Shown here: positions 13,447 to 25,605 of the stretch, piece by piece
Position numbering within the stretch: the stretch's first letter is position 1
How the letters are laid out: the number at the start of each line of letters is the position of its first letter
Origin: Utricularia gibba
Lineage: Eukaryota; Plantae; Magnoliophyta
Assembly: GCA_002189035.1 (NCBI GenBank)
Contig: NEEC01000004.1
Span: forward strand, 3,906,001-3,970,000
Direction of reading: 5' to 3'
Length of the DNA stretch: 64,000 bases
Made by a program: the position numbers and the translations under genes
Notes under the pieces: generated by a model
What the model was told of the DNA's origin: nothing
The model's database searches: none
The model's input: the letters and a program-made list of their open reading frames with translations, nothing else

Positions 13447-13456
13447 GCCACGTGTA
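13447..13456 (+). promoter_or_regulatory. G-box (GCCACGTG) about 280 bp upstream of the PRK ATG
   Basis: GCCACGTGTA seen in sequence. G-boxes are established light-responsive elements of Calvin-cycle genes; function here is inferred. Confidence 0.45.
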
Positions 13457-13733
13457 AACATCAAACATCCAAATTCCCAGAGGATGACAACCAACAATTT
13501 TTGTGAATTCTCTGCGGCTATGGTTCTTGTATCCTCCACCCATCGCATATCACTTCAGCTGAAACAATTCCACGCATCCTCAAATGGCCAAATTGCCACC
13601 ACCGAAGAGATAAAGCCCAGCCACGAACCAAGGGCGTTTCTGGAACCACAAATAAACTCCTCATCATCTTCATCTTCATCATCTGCATTGTTTTACAGTA
13701 AACACTTGAGTGGTGTTTGTGAAAGCAGAGGAA

Positions 13734-15493
13734 ATGGCTATCTCCTCTGTGTACACTCTTCAGTCCATCAACTCCATCTGCAGCTCCTCCTTCAGCTTCA
13801 CCCACAAACACCAACAGCAACACCTCCTCGTCTGCACGGCCAACAAGCACCGGATATCGTGCTCCGCCACCTCATCCGATGACAAGACGGTCGTCATCGG
13901 CCTCGCCGCCGATTCCGGATGCGGCAAATCGACTTTCATGCGCCGCCTCACCAGCGTCTTCGGCGGAGCTGCTGAGCCCCCGAAGGGCGGCAACCCCGAC
14001 TCCAACACGCTTATTAGCGACACCACTACCGTCATCTGCCTCGACGACTATCACTCCCTTGATCGCACTGGTAGTGTTGTCTTTCATGCATCAAACTCCT
14101 TCCCCCTCCCCCAGTTCATTAGTGCTACAAATGGTACTTGTTCACCTTCATGAAGATAAATAGAAAGCGTGCTCCTTGTCTGTGAAAAAGCGTTAATCCA
14201 TCCATATGTGATGCCGGGCCAATGGTTTGGATTGAATTTTAGAACTATATCTAAATTCAAGACCCAATGAATACCACTGACTTTGCAGTTTCTGGTTATG
14301 TTTGGTAACAGGGAGGAAGGAGAAGGGGGTGACGGCGCTTGACCCGAGAGCTAACAACTTCGATCTGATGTACGAACAAGTGAAGGCATTGAAAGATGGA
14401 ATCGCTGTGGAGAAGCCAATCTACAATCATGTCAGCGGTTTGCTTGACCCCCCGGAGCTCATTAAGCCTCCCAAGATTCTGGTCATAGAGGGCTTGCATC
14501 CAATGTATGTGTGAGAGTGAGCAAGCTTATGGGTATCGATCTTGCATGGAGCATTGATCATTTCGTGCATTTTTTGCTGGTTCTTACAGGTTCGATAGCC
14601 GTGTAAGAGACCTGTTGGATTTCAGCATCTATTTGGACATCAGCAATGAAGTCAAATTCGCTTGGAAAATTCAGGTTTGCATCTTAAGAGATATGATAAT
14701 TATCAGAAATAGTGCATGATATCATGAACACGAACATGAACAAGCCTGTTGTTTTCCAGAGAGACATGGCTGAAAGAGGACACAGCTTGGAGAGCATCAA
14801 AGCCAGTATCGAAGCACGAAAGCCTGATTTCGATGCATATATCGGTAACAACTTCTCCTTCATTCGATCAATGATGGGCATAGGAATATGTACAATTAAT
14901 ATTGATTTTGGGGGCAGATCCGCAAAAGCAGTATGCAGATGCAGTCATAGAAGTGCTACCTACGCAGCTGATCCCAGATGACAATGAGGGCAAGGTTCTG
15001 AGAGTGAGGCTGATCATGAAAGAGGGCGTAAAATACTTCAACCCTGTTTATCTCTTTGATGAAGGCTCCACAATTTCATGGATCCCCTGTGGAAGAAAGC
15101 TCACTTGCTCCTACCCCGGGATCAAATTTGGCTACGGCCCAGATACTTATTACGGCCATGAGGTCAGTCAGTTTACTAATGTCAGATCACTAGAATCAAG
15201 TGGATATAAGCTGAATACTGAGAGCATGTTGGGGTACAGGTCTCTGTGGTGGAGATGGATGGGCAGTTTGACAGACTGGATGAGCTGATTTACGTGGAGA
15301 GTCACTTGAGTAACCTCTCTACCAAGTTCTATGGGGAGGTGACACAGCAAATGCTGAAGCATTCAGATTTTCCTGGCAGCAACAATGGGACAGGGCTGTT
15401 TCAGACAATTGTTGGTCTGAAAATCAGGGATCTCTATGAGCAGATCTCTGCTGCAAGAAAATCAGCTGCCCATTGCAAGCTGCCAAGGCATGA
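13734..15493 (+). CDS. PRK: Chloroplast phosphoribulokinase. Exons 13734-14070, 14312-14504, 14590-14674, 14760-14844, 14918-15162, 15240-15493 (as read, the frame runs on to 15590)
   Basis: Ser-rich transit peptide, VIGLAADSGCGKSTF, VICLDDYHSLDR, DPRANNFDLM, RDMAERGH, IPCGRKLTCSYPG, GSNNGTGLFQT. All splice sites are GT-AG and in phase. Confidence 0.95.
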
Positions 15494-18249
15494 TGATGTG
15501 GAGGGAAATGGAGAGGGTGGTGGTGTTGTTGTATCTATTTATTCTTCGCTTGAAACCGCAAAAGCAAATCCTTGGAGATATAACTTGTAATCAGTGTAAA
15601 GAAAAGGCGAACAGCTTGAAATGAAGACACAAGATTCAGTGTTTCCCATTCTAAACGCAAATCCCAGAAGCATCCTTTTCAGAGCCAAACCTTGGGATCA
15701 AAGGAGATTCATATAAACTGGGAAGGATTTGCGCTTTATACAATGGACCGGTCATTTTGACCCAGGGCCCAATTCTGGGTCGTGGATTCAACTCTCTTCA
15801 TTTTTTATCAACAAAAGCAAGTATACCATGATGATGCTTGGAAAACACTTTTAACCTATATTTTACATAACTTCTATTTCTTATTATTCATTTTTAAGAA
15901 TGATTTTACAAAACACAATGTATTTCTATTTCTATTTCTATAAATTTATATTAGAAATCAGTTATCGATATAATTTATTTTTGAAGATAACTTCTATTTT
16001 TACAATTATAACATTCTTTTCATTCTAATTCTATTTTTATTCTCATTTTGCAGAAATATAGGGCTTGTTCAATGCACTTTTGTCATAATAAATTTTCATT
16101 CTCATTTGAAAAAGAAAAATTACTTGTCCACAATGAAGAATACTTATTTCTCTTATTCCTTTTTTCATAAGGTGATTTTCTTTCTCATAAAATTCAACAC
16201 AATTGCAGAAAGAGCTTAAATCTTCATTTAGCTTCTCATTTTTTATTTACAGAAGGCTATTTACCATCATATCCTTTAAAAAAGTATCAGATCATGAATT
16301 TTTACCTCTATTTCTCGTTGGAACTGCAAAGAAACGTAAGTGGAACAAGGTATGTCTTCGTATTTTCTATTGAATGTGAATTAAGGAGAATTTTGATTCC
16401 TGATTCTTGAAAGAAGTTTATGTAACATATTTTCTATGGGGTACCAACCTTAGACTTCCAATAGCTTGGCTCAACAGATTTCTTATTGCCAAAGGTTGCA
16501 TCATATAATCTGAAGCTTAAATTCGTTTACCATTTTTTTGAATGCTCTCGAAACACTTATCATATAGAGTTTCTTCTAAATCCTAGAAACTATCCATATT
16601 CGATCCTTTTTCATTTGTTCTTGTATAACATTTGTAGTTCATTTGTTGGATTTGTAAGCTTGTATTTTTAATACTATAGACTGAGTTTGTTATAAATTTC
16701 CTGAATCTAATTTTTTTTGTTTAATTCTATCACAGAACAAGCTATGATACAAGAATCATAATTCTGCAACTATAATTGAGGATGTTTAAAGGTTTAGGCA
16801 TATATAGCTATCACATATTGGTTTTGTGTTGTTTGATTTTTTTTTTTGTGAATATAGACAGATGATGTTATATTTTTTTACTATTCTTAATGATGAATTT
16901 CGATAGTGGACTCTTATGTTTTCATTTTGATTCAATTCCTAAATGCATAGGAAATTGTAGAAAATGATTTTTTACTAAGAAGACATGAAGTCACAATTCA
17001 TGATTGCTAAATGTGGAGATGTTGCTTTACTTGAACTTTATTTTATTTATAAAGATGTAACATGCTTTTATTATAATATTAAAGAAAAACAGTAATTTAT
17101 TAATATATATCATTTTGCATTTTAATTCTATTCTCACTTTTTTAAAGAAAAATCAACTTCTTTCCCCCCTTTTTTCTACTACTTCTCAAAGGAGCCATGT
17201 TAATATTCTTGGTGTCGTTTCAATTTGATTGAATGTCGTATAGGAGACTCAACTCTTTTCATTCATGTATTTCCCTCTCCTCTTTTTTGGATATGATCTT
17301 GTAATGATATCATAAATTATTGTCGAATTAAATTGTGCCCATGTTTTTATATTATATATGATTTAATTTAAAAATCATTGAAATTCAAATCATTAAAAAT
17401 TGATTGAAGAGGGTCCACCATAAATGGAGTATGACCCACCGCACTCAATGCATCCAAATATTAAATTTGACACGACACTCGTGTACCCCATGGCTACAAT
17501 TATTTTATAAAATTTTATAATAGAATTGTGTTTACCTTACCCAGATGAGAGGCTGGGTTATCATATCATACTGTGGAACTCAAGGTATTCAATTCGAAAT
17601 AAATGAAATAAATAATTATGGGGAATGATCGAAATTTTAATATAATTTCAGTTATTTAATTTAATTACAAATCCAATTTAGATGCTATTATAGTTGAATC
17701 GATTATGAAGTGAGTTGTCGATTTTAGAGAGATCAATCGTACCGATTTAAGTGAATGAAATTTTGATTTTGGTTTTTATCGAAATAAGGATATGAGACGA
17801 TGATTTTTTACGTGAAAAACCATTATGATATAAAATTACTAAATTGATGGAACTCATGGATGAATTAAGTTTTACTAGATAAAAGTAATAAGAATTACAA
17901 TGATTGCAATAAATTTAGAATACTATTCGTCAAATCTTATATCTTATTTATAGAAAAGACTTGTCTGATTGATTTGAATGAGATCAGCTACTTATTACAT
18001 TTGACAGTATATATTTGATTTTGCTTGTAATTCTATTGATAAATAATCAATGTTTGTTATGTATTTCCATATATTAGTTGATTTTCAAATTATCTAACAA
18101 CAGCTTAGGTCTAACATTATTCTTGTTATGTCTTCTCTTGAATGTAACCAATTAACTGATTTGTTGATCTGTTGAATTTTCTCCATTTAACTGATTTGCG
18201 CATTAGCGCTGATTTTAGTTCCTTTAATGATTCTCCTAAAAGCTCTTTA

Positions 18250-19420
18250 CAATTTGCTTAGGTTTCGGATTTATTGTCAATACAGGTTCTTTTGCTTTTC
18301 CCCAAAATTTTGCGACTTGGAGTCCTCTTTGTCTTTTTACTTTTTCTATTATGCCTACTTATTTTCAGCATCAAATGAAAACTTGCTAATAACTTATTAT
18401 GCGCCGCCGATCGTCGCCGGTTGCCCGCGCCTGCGCTCGCAGCCTGAGGCGGCGAGTGCCCATTTTGATCCATATGATGGTAAACCGTAATTCTACCTGA
18501 ATTTAAAACAGAGTTGGAAGTGGGGGTCCTTTATTCTTTGGCATCTGAAATTAGGGTTCTTCTCAAACCCCCTCAATTAATGGCTGCGCATCGCATCTCA
18601 TAGGCACCACACCTCGATAGAGATTGGTTGATTGGATGTGTTATATCTTGTCTGAAGATTCATCTTCTTGGTTCCACTCCTCAGCATCATGACGACGACG
18701 TGGCTCTTCAATAAAGCAACATCAGAATTGAAATTTCAGCAAAGATCACCAATGAGGGAATGGTGTTGAATCTGGTTTTTGTGCTGTGAATATCGAGTGA
18801 GTGAGTGAGTGCTGGCTAGCTCTGTATCAGCTCTGCACTACAAATGAAATGAAATCTAAGAGGAGGACACGATGGGTCAAAAGCTGCAGCCCATTGAATG
18901 TCAAGTACATCTCTCAAGATCGAACCTCCTCCTCAATCTCAGTTCCCACTTCACTGATTCAGAAGCAGCACAGCAGTTGCTACAGATCCGTCCGTGGAAC
19001 CCGACTCTCGAAGCAGCAATCAATTTTTCTCTCTGCATCCACGCCACCTTAATTCATCTTACATATCATTCTAAAATTTAACTGGACAATACAGGATATG
19101 GAGGAGCAGCAGCAGCAGCAGTAGCAGTAGCGGCTATGACTTCGAAACACAACTCTGGGAAGGTTTTTATGCACTTCAATAACATCAAACTTCAAATGTT
19201 CCAAATCTTGTTTAACTTCATTACTAGTAAGCTTCATTCTTCTATAACCTACCATCTAGAAGACTGCCATCGTAAAAAAAAAAAAAAAAAAAAAAAACCC
19301 ATATGGGAGACGTTATCTTCGCCGTCCCCATCCACTTCTGTTGTCCTCGTAGGCGATAATAGTGATTCTTCCACGTACCCTTCAAGCATTCATTTCCAAG
19401 AAGACTTTTTTAGCCATGAG
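18250..19420 (-). pseudogene. Gene-like block without an intact ORF; possibly a heavily decayed R2R3-MYB-like gene
   Basis: GC-richer than flanks, with intron-like segments. Weak motifs appear in MYB order across frames: LKGTW, YRLRGQQKW, VIEVHK, LIA/RVPRTD, VKWELRLRRR. The match is weak and frameshifted. Confidence 0.25.
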
Positions 19421-20369
19421 TTGGAATCCCTTGCTTCCCCAACTTAGGGAAAGAGTGTTGGAGTGTTTTTTTCCTACCCTTGGACACTAAAAGAGAAAAA
19501 CATTTACCATATTTGGAACGTACATTTTCAGTGTTTTCAGAACTAGCGCAGCTCTTTAGAGAAACATGAAAGCCAGCGGTTATACAGCACTCGATTAAAA
19601 GGCACTTACTATGAAGGTAGGCAGACAGCAGCTTAACAGTATGGAATCAGCCTCTCAGCTTCACGTGTCTGTATGAAAGTGTCCGCGGTAGAGAGAAACG
19701 AGGGTGTGGCCACAACTTCTCAAATTTCCCTGGCTGTGGGATCACCCATGGCTTGCCTTGCCCTGCAGTACAGATAGACATTAAATTACCAAAAGGCCCA
19801 CCTGACATGCAATTGGGTGGGCTGGCCCTGGCTTGGGGGTAACAAAAAACTATTTTGAAAAGAAATTGTAAATGACAGGGACAATACAATTCAACGGGCA
19901 GTCACGTTTTTCGAGACTGCTATGTGGAATGTGCCGTTGCAGGCTTTTTCTACAAAAACTGGGTTCAAAATTTAAAACAGGGAAGGGGAAATGAGGGAAG
20001 GTGGGGAGAGTTAAGACTGCTCACGCACACACCCGTTGGGGTTAGGGTGTTTTTTCAAAAACTCGTTGCAGGTCTGGCTTTTTGTAGTGTTCTACAATGG
20101 AGCCAAACCAAACCATACCCGGGATCGCAAGCTAAGCACATTTTGTTTGTGATTCTCTAGCTCAGCAATCGAGGAGATAGTCCTGCCCTGCCCCTGTTTT
20201 TTGCCACATTTCCTTGTCATTCCTCTTTCGAAGTACCTTGGGAGTTCAAAAACGAAGTTGCAACTTCCAAGTTCAAGCTCAAGTTGTTTTGTTCTTTGAA
20301 CTCCAGCAAGCTGAGCTGCTGTTATTGTTCTGTTTGCATTTTTGTTCCCCGGAAAACAGCTGCTTTTGA

Positions 20370-22140
20370 ATGGCAGAAATCAGTTCTCAGATCCAAGATA
20401 AGTCCAAGGAAAGGGAGGAAGATGGATCTATCTACGGCAATAGCTTGGGTATGAAAATTCAGAAGGAAAGTGAGGTGTATGGAACATATGATGGGATTGA
20501 AGATAAACCCACAAAGGGGGAATTTTTCACCTGGTATTTTTATGGGTTTTGCTCCTACTTCGTGCTGACAGTTCTCGTTCCCGTTGTGTTCCCACTGATA
20601 ATCAGCCAAACAGGCCCAGATCTGCCGGAGCCGCCTCAGGGCTGGCTTAAAAGCTTCAAGGGTTTGAAATGTATGCAGGAAGAAACGCAGCTGTAAGTTG
20701 CCTGATTCTTTTCTTTCTTGTTGCAAGAATTTCCACTGCTCTCTTCTTAGCTAGTGCTCTTGTTCTCGTGAAAACAGTTACGTAGGACTAGTGTACCGGG
20801 GTATAAGAATTGGTGGAAGAAGTTTCTCTCCACTGGAATGGACTTCGATTTCTTGGATTACAGGAATAGTTCTTGCAACACCTATTCTAGGAGCCATTTC
20901 CTTTAACCTCGACCATGGCCACGGTCAACAACTCATAGCCGCTGCAGCCACCGGTATTGGTGCACTCTTTTGTCTCCCAGCTGGGTTTTTCAGGAAAGCC
21001 GGGGTCTTTCTGCTATACTTGGTTATCGTTGTAGCCACCATCACTGTGACCGGAGCTTGGAGCGGCCGCCACTTGGGGCTACTGATCCGCGGGTTCACCG
21101 GTTCCAAGATCCCGAAAAGTCGGTTCTCTAGCAGGAGATGCATTGGAAGTAAGCTCTCCCTTTACTCAGTGGCAGGGGGTTGCTTTGGAGCTGTGATAAT
21201 GGCTTCATTCACATACCACATGTTGAGTCACTCGGACCGCTTCACTGCTTTATGGGTAGTTTCCATATTCAGTGGCCTGTTGTGGGGATTGGGATTGATC
21301 CACATCTTCAGCGCAATCAGAGGTTCAGGGGATTGCGCTGATTCACTAGAAGACTCCGGACCCGTTGGTCATATTCTCTCCATTTTCAGATCCCCTCTCG
21401 CAGCAGCAAGTGTTGCCCTTGTTTTCCTTTCCTCCTTCATGTCGATGTGTATTTTTGGGTCAACATTGCTCTATGCTCTAGGATATCTGTGCATGCAAGC
21501 ACACAACATTCTGTTTCTGTGGCTGATTTATTTCATGGTTCCTCTGGTCTCTCTACCACTGGCACATCGCCTGCAGCAAATCATGAAGTTAGATGCAGAA
21601 AAAATGTTGCTTGTAGCCTTCATGCTCGCCACTCTAACTTCAGGCTGCGGAATTTACTACAGAGAAAGCACCTGGAGCACAAGCTTGGTATTTTTATTTT
21701 CAGCCATCCAAGGCACTGCAGCAGGTTTTCATCTAATCTCAGACCCCTCCTGCTAGTGTTCTTAGCATCGCCACAGAAACAAAATTTAGCGAATCAATCC
21801 TCTTCATCTCTCTTGGGCAGGTTTGCTTCATGCATTTGGAGGGGTTCTGCTTCTAGATTGCACCCCTGCGGGAAAAGAAGGTGTATTTTCATCCTGGAGT
21901 TCATGGGCAAGAGTTGTGGGAGCATGCGCTGGATTCGCGTGGGCGACATCGATGCCTGGAAACATTGGCAAAGCTTTTGGGGTTTCACTTTGTGCAGGGA
22001 TGATAGGGATGGTTGTTCTCATCTTTGGGAACATCAGCAGCTTGCGAGGAGCCAAAGCTGCAGGACACATTATCAAGAGGCGCAAGGTTGGTGACCATTT
22101 CAAGGAATCAGATTCCACAGAGGCCGCAAACGATGTTTGA
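20370..22140 (+). CDS. Major facilitator superfamily transporter, ATG22/UMF1-like. Exons 20370-20692, 20778-21724, 21821-22140
   Basis: EFFTWYFYGFCSYFVLTVLVPVVFPLII start, about 11-12 hydrophobic helices, LLDCTPAGKEGVFSSWSSW. Two in-phase GT-AG introns. Confidence 0.75.
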
Positions 22141-25100
22141 AGAAGCTTTCCCTCCGTTCCTCTGCGCTGGATGCAAGTCGCATTGGTGTGTCTGACTTAT
22201 TCTTTTTGTAAGAGCTAGGAGTGCCTGATCACATCTGTTTGTACAAGTGCTTTAGGATCCCATGTCATCACTCTTCTTTATCGGATGTCTTTCTTTTTCA
22301 CTGCAAAACATTCAACCCATGAAAAGTAAAAACAAGTTCAGTCTCTTCAATGGAAGAAACTTGGAAGTGGTTGGTCACGAGGAATTACTGTAGCCTTGTG
22401 AGCACTTCTTGAAGCCAACAGATGCGTTTTTTGCTGAGGCTGGTTCATTATGGAGCAATTGGAATTGCTGAGGCTTAGCATGTGGTTGGGAGCAGGTCAC
22501 TTAGCGCTGCACAACCTTGGCGCCTTGCAACATGATCCATTCCTTGTGTTTTTGACCAAACGACAGCCACAAGATCCATAAGATGCTGCCTCCCTGCTGG
22601 AATCTTCAAAAAGATGACTTCACCAATGTGTGTGGATTGCTAAATAAATTTTATGAGACATGTAAGCTTTCAGAAAGGCGCATCACCTAAACAACAGTTC
22701 AAATTCACCTATGGTTAATGACCTGCAATTCTAGGGCACTTCAATGTCATCTTAGGGAAGCTTGGTTGAATTTATGGCATTTCACTAAAATAATCATAAC
22801 AATAAAATAGGATCATAGATTTAATTATTTTGCAATTTAGTCCACAATGTGTTTTGGAGCATCAAGGTTATGATACTTGGAAATACTCTACAACAATCTA
22901 AGATGCTTGGCAATACTTGGAAACATTCACGACTCATGCTTTTTGTCATGCTTGCTATGGTTCAATTGACAGTTGGCTCTACTTTTTCTTTTGGTTGGTG
23001 TCTTAAGCTTACTCACTCTTTGGTGTACATTGACATGCCTTATGAATGAGAGCCTATATCAACTTACATACTCTCTCATTAATAACATATGAATTATCAA
23101 GAAAAGAAGAATAATAATGTAGATCATAAAAGTAGGTTTCATTCAATCAAGAGTACCCCCATTTAAAGGTAACAATTCATTATGTTTCCATATCTGAATT
23201 GCCATAATCAATGGAGGATTCGGAGGAACTGACATCATGGATTAGGTCAATCTATCACCTATGACGATCAATATAAAACTATTAATTATGACATCCAATA
23301 TAAATTCAACTATGGCAGCCAATATGAATCTATCAACCATGATAGTCAAAAATCCTCATCAATCGAGTGAGTGCAAGTTGCAAACATTGAATTTGCTCAA
23401 TTGGTGGCCGAAAGAAGTGCTCCCTAAGGATAGTGAGAATGTTTGTAGGTTGTTCAATAGACCCAATGTGACAAGGCTACACAAGAACAACTTGTACTAC
23501 ATCACAAACAAGTGACAATTAATTTCAATATGTTTAGTACGTTTATGAAAAACAAGATTAGCAGAGATATAGGTAGTAGTTTGATTATCACAATGAAGAG
23601 GAACAACATGACTATCCCAAACTCTGAGATCTAATAAGCCACTTGATTTCACAAATAATCATGATTATAGCATGTTACTCCACCTTAACTAAGGAACGAG
23701 ATATATGAAGTTGCTTCTTCGTTTTCAAAGAACAAGAGAACGTCTAAGTTTTATGGCATATCCACTCACGTATCAACGAGTAAACAGATGTCTAACATAA
23801 TTTGAATCGCAATATGCCTTGAGTCGGAGAAATTGCTTCAAGTATTGAATCACGTGAAGTGTAGCCACCCAATGATCAAGAGTAGGTCGTTGGAGAAATT
23901 GAGATGATAATACATGAACCGAGTAATTCAACTCCGATCAAGTATATGTTAAGTAAACCAAGCGATCAACATGGTGATGATACTATTTTGGTGTTGACAT
24001 TCATTTTGTCATAGAAATGGCCAAGGATTGATTTTGAAAGTGGCAAGTGGTTTTGCCCCTCTCAACTCACCTTCTAAGATAACATTGAGAGCATACTTAT
24101 GTTGATAGATAGATAATGCTCGAGAGTTTTAAACAACATCAATCTCATAAATGTTATATTGGGCATCGAGGTACTTCATTTGAAAATGCTTCTAAAGGTA
24201 GAGTTTTAAACATTCCACCATATGATCATTACTATAAACAATAATTGGATCATCCACATACATGAGGGCACATAACATGCCTTCGACCTTCTTGTAACAA
24301 AAGAAGGAATAATCAAAGTGCAACTGATGAAAATTGAATGAAGTCGAGGCATTGACTTATTTAATGAACTAACATAGTGGTGCTTGTTGCAATTCATATA
24401 GGAACTTTTGAAGTCTACAAACCTTCTCTTTGACATCAGAATTGAATCCTGGTGACAAATGCATGTAAATTTCTTCATCCAAATCATTATGAAGGAAGTC
24501 ATAAATTAGGTTCTTTGATACAGTATCTAATTTCGACTGATTGCTATTTTCAATAAAAGTCGATTGATGCAAAAGTTTCCTTATAGTCTATATATTTAAT
24601 TTGAGTTGTTTTCTGTGACAAACAATCATGCGTTGTAGCATCCAATACTTCCATCAAATTTATACTTAACATGAAATGCCCACTTGCTTCGAGTGCTTAC
24701 TTCTCGACAAGCAAAGTTGTGAGAACCCAAGTTTTGTTTATTTCCAATGTATTGATTTCACTTGCATGGTAAATCGCTAATTTGAGTGACAAAGGGCTTC
24801 ATGATAAGAAACATATTTCTTGATGTTATTAACTGTTGCTATAAAAGCATGGTATTGACCACTAAAACAAGCATTGAAGAGAAAAGAATCCAAAGAGTAG
24901 CAGCAAGGAAATGCATTTGAAGCTGCAACCACTTCAGTAAATATTGTAAGACAAATAAACTCGCGCAGAATTGATGGGGGTCATTGGGGATCACTACTAT
25001 GCCGCACAAGGGGCACTTGCATTGATTAGTTGAATATTGGTAGTGCATTAGTGATAGAGCAATTGATAGGCAATCGAATTCATTAAGGTTCAAAAAATGA

Positions 25101-25200
25101 TACAAAGATCGGAATGATCCAACCTTATTTGGGCGTAAGGTAGATTAGTCTATAGATTTCGACACAAGCCTTGGTCCAGATGGCTCTACCCATGAGATGA

Positions 25201-25605
25201 AAGAAATGTTTTGGAAAACTTTTATAACTTACTTTTACTTTTCTAAAAATACTTTTGAAAAGTAGAAGTAAACTTAACAAAAACAAAAAAATATTATAGT
25301 GTTCTAAACAAATTCTACACTTTGGAAAATAGAAAAAAATCACATCATACCATAAGCAATAATTCTAAGAAAAAGTACTCTTGAATTCAACACCTGTGAT
25401 CTTGGCCGACGGATTTGGGGAGAGAAGTTTTTATAAAACCTTTAAAAAACACACACCATATGAGTTCTACAAAAGTTTTTTTATTATTATGTGATTTTAA
25501 AAATACTTCTAATAAAAGTACTTTTGAAAATAAGTGTTCTAAAAATAATAATTTTTGCTTTTCTATAAGTAAAAGTTATGTATAAAAGTTTTGCAGAACA
25601 CTCTT
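25201..25605. mobile_element. MITE-like insertion (Tourist-like) inside the Copia element
   Basis: Imperfect TIRs AAGAAATGTTTTGGAAAACTTTT and (rc) AAGAGTGTTCTGCAAAACTTTT, with an AT-rich non-coding interior. Confidence 0.5.

Noticed and set aside
13391-13882. 163-aa ORF overlapping the PRK 5' end
   Set aside because: It is low-complexity, has no recognisable motif and starts upstream of the likely promoter elements. Probably a chance frame across promoter, UTR and transit peptide.
16250-16800. Exon-like fragments (PLFLVGTAKKRKWNK followed by GT)
   Set aside because: Too short and isolated to support a gene; likely TE or pseudogene debris.
18600-19000. Conserved miRNA precursor
   Set aside because: I found no match to the mature sequences of the common conserved plant miRNA families I recall, and no convincing hairpin.
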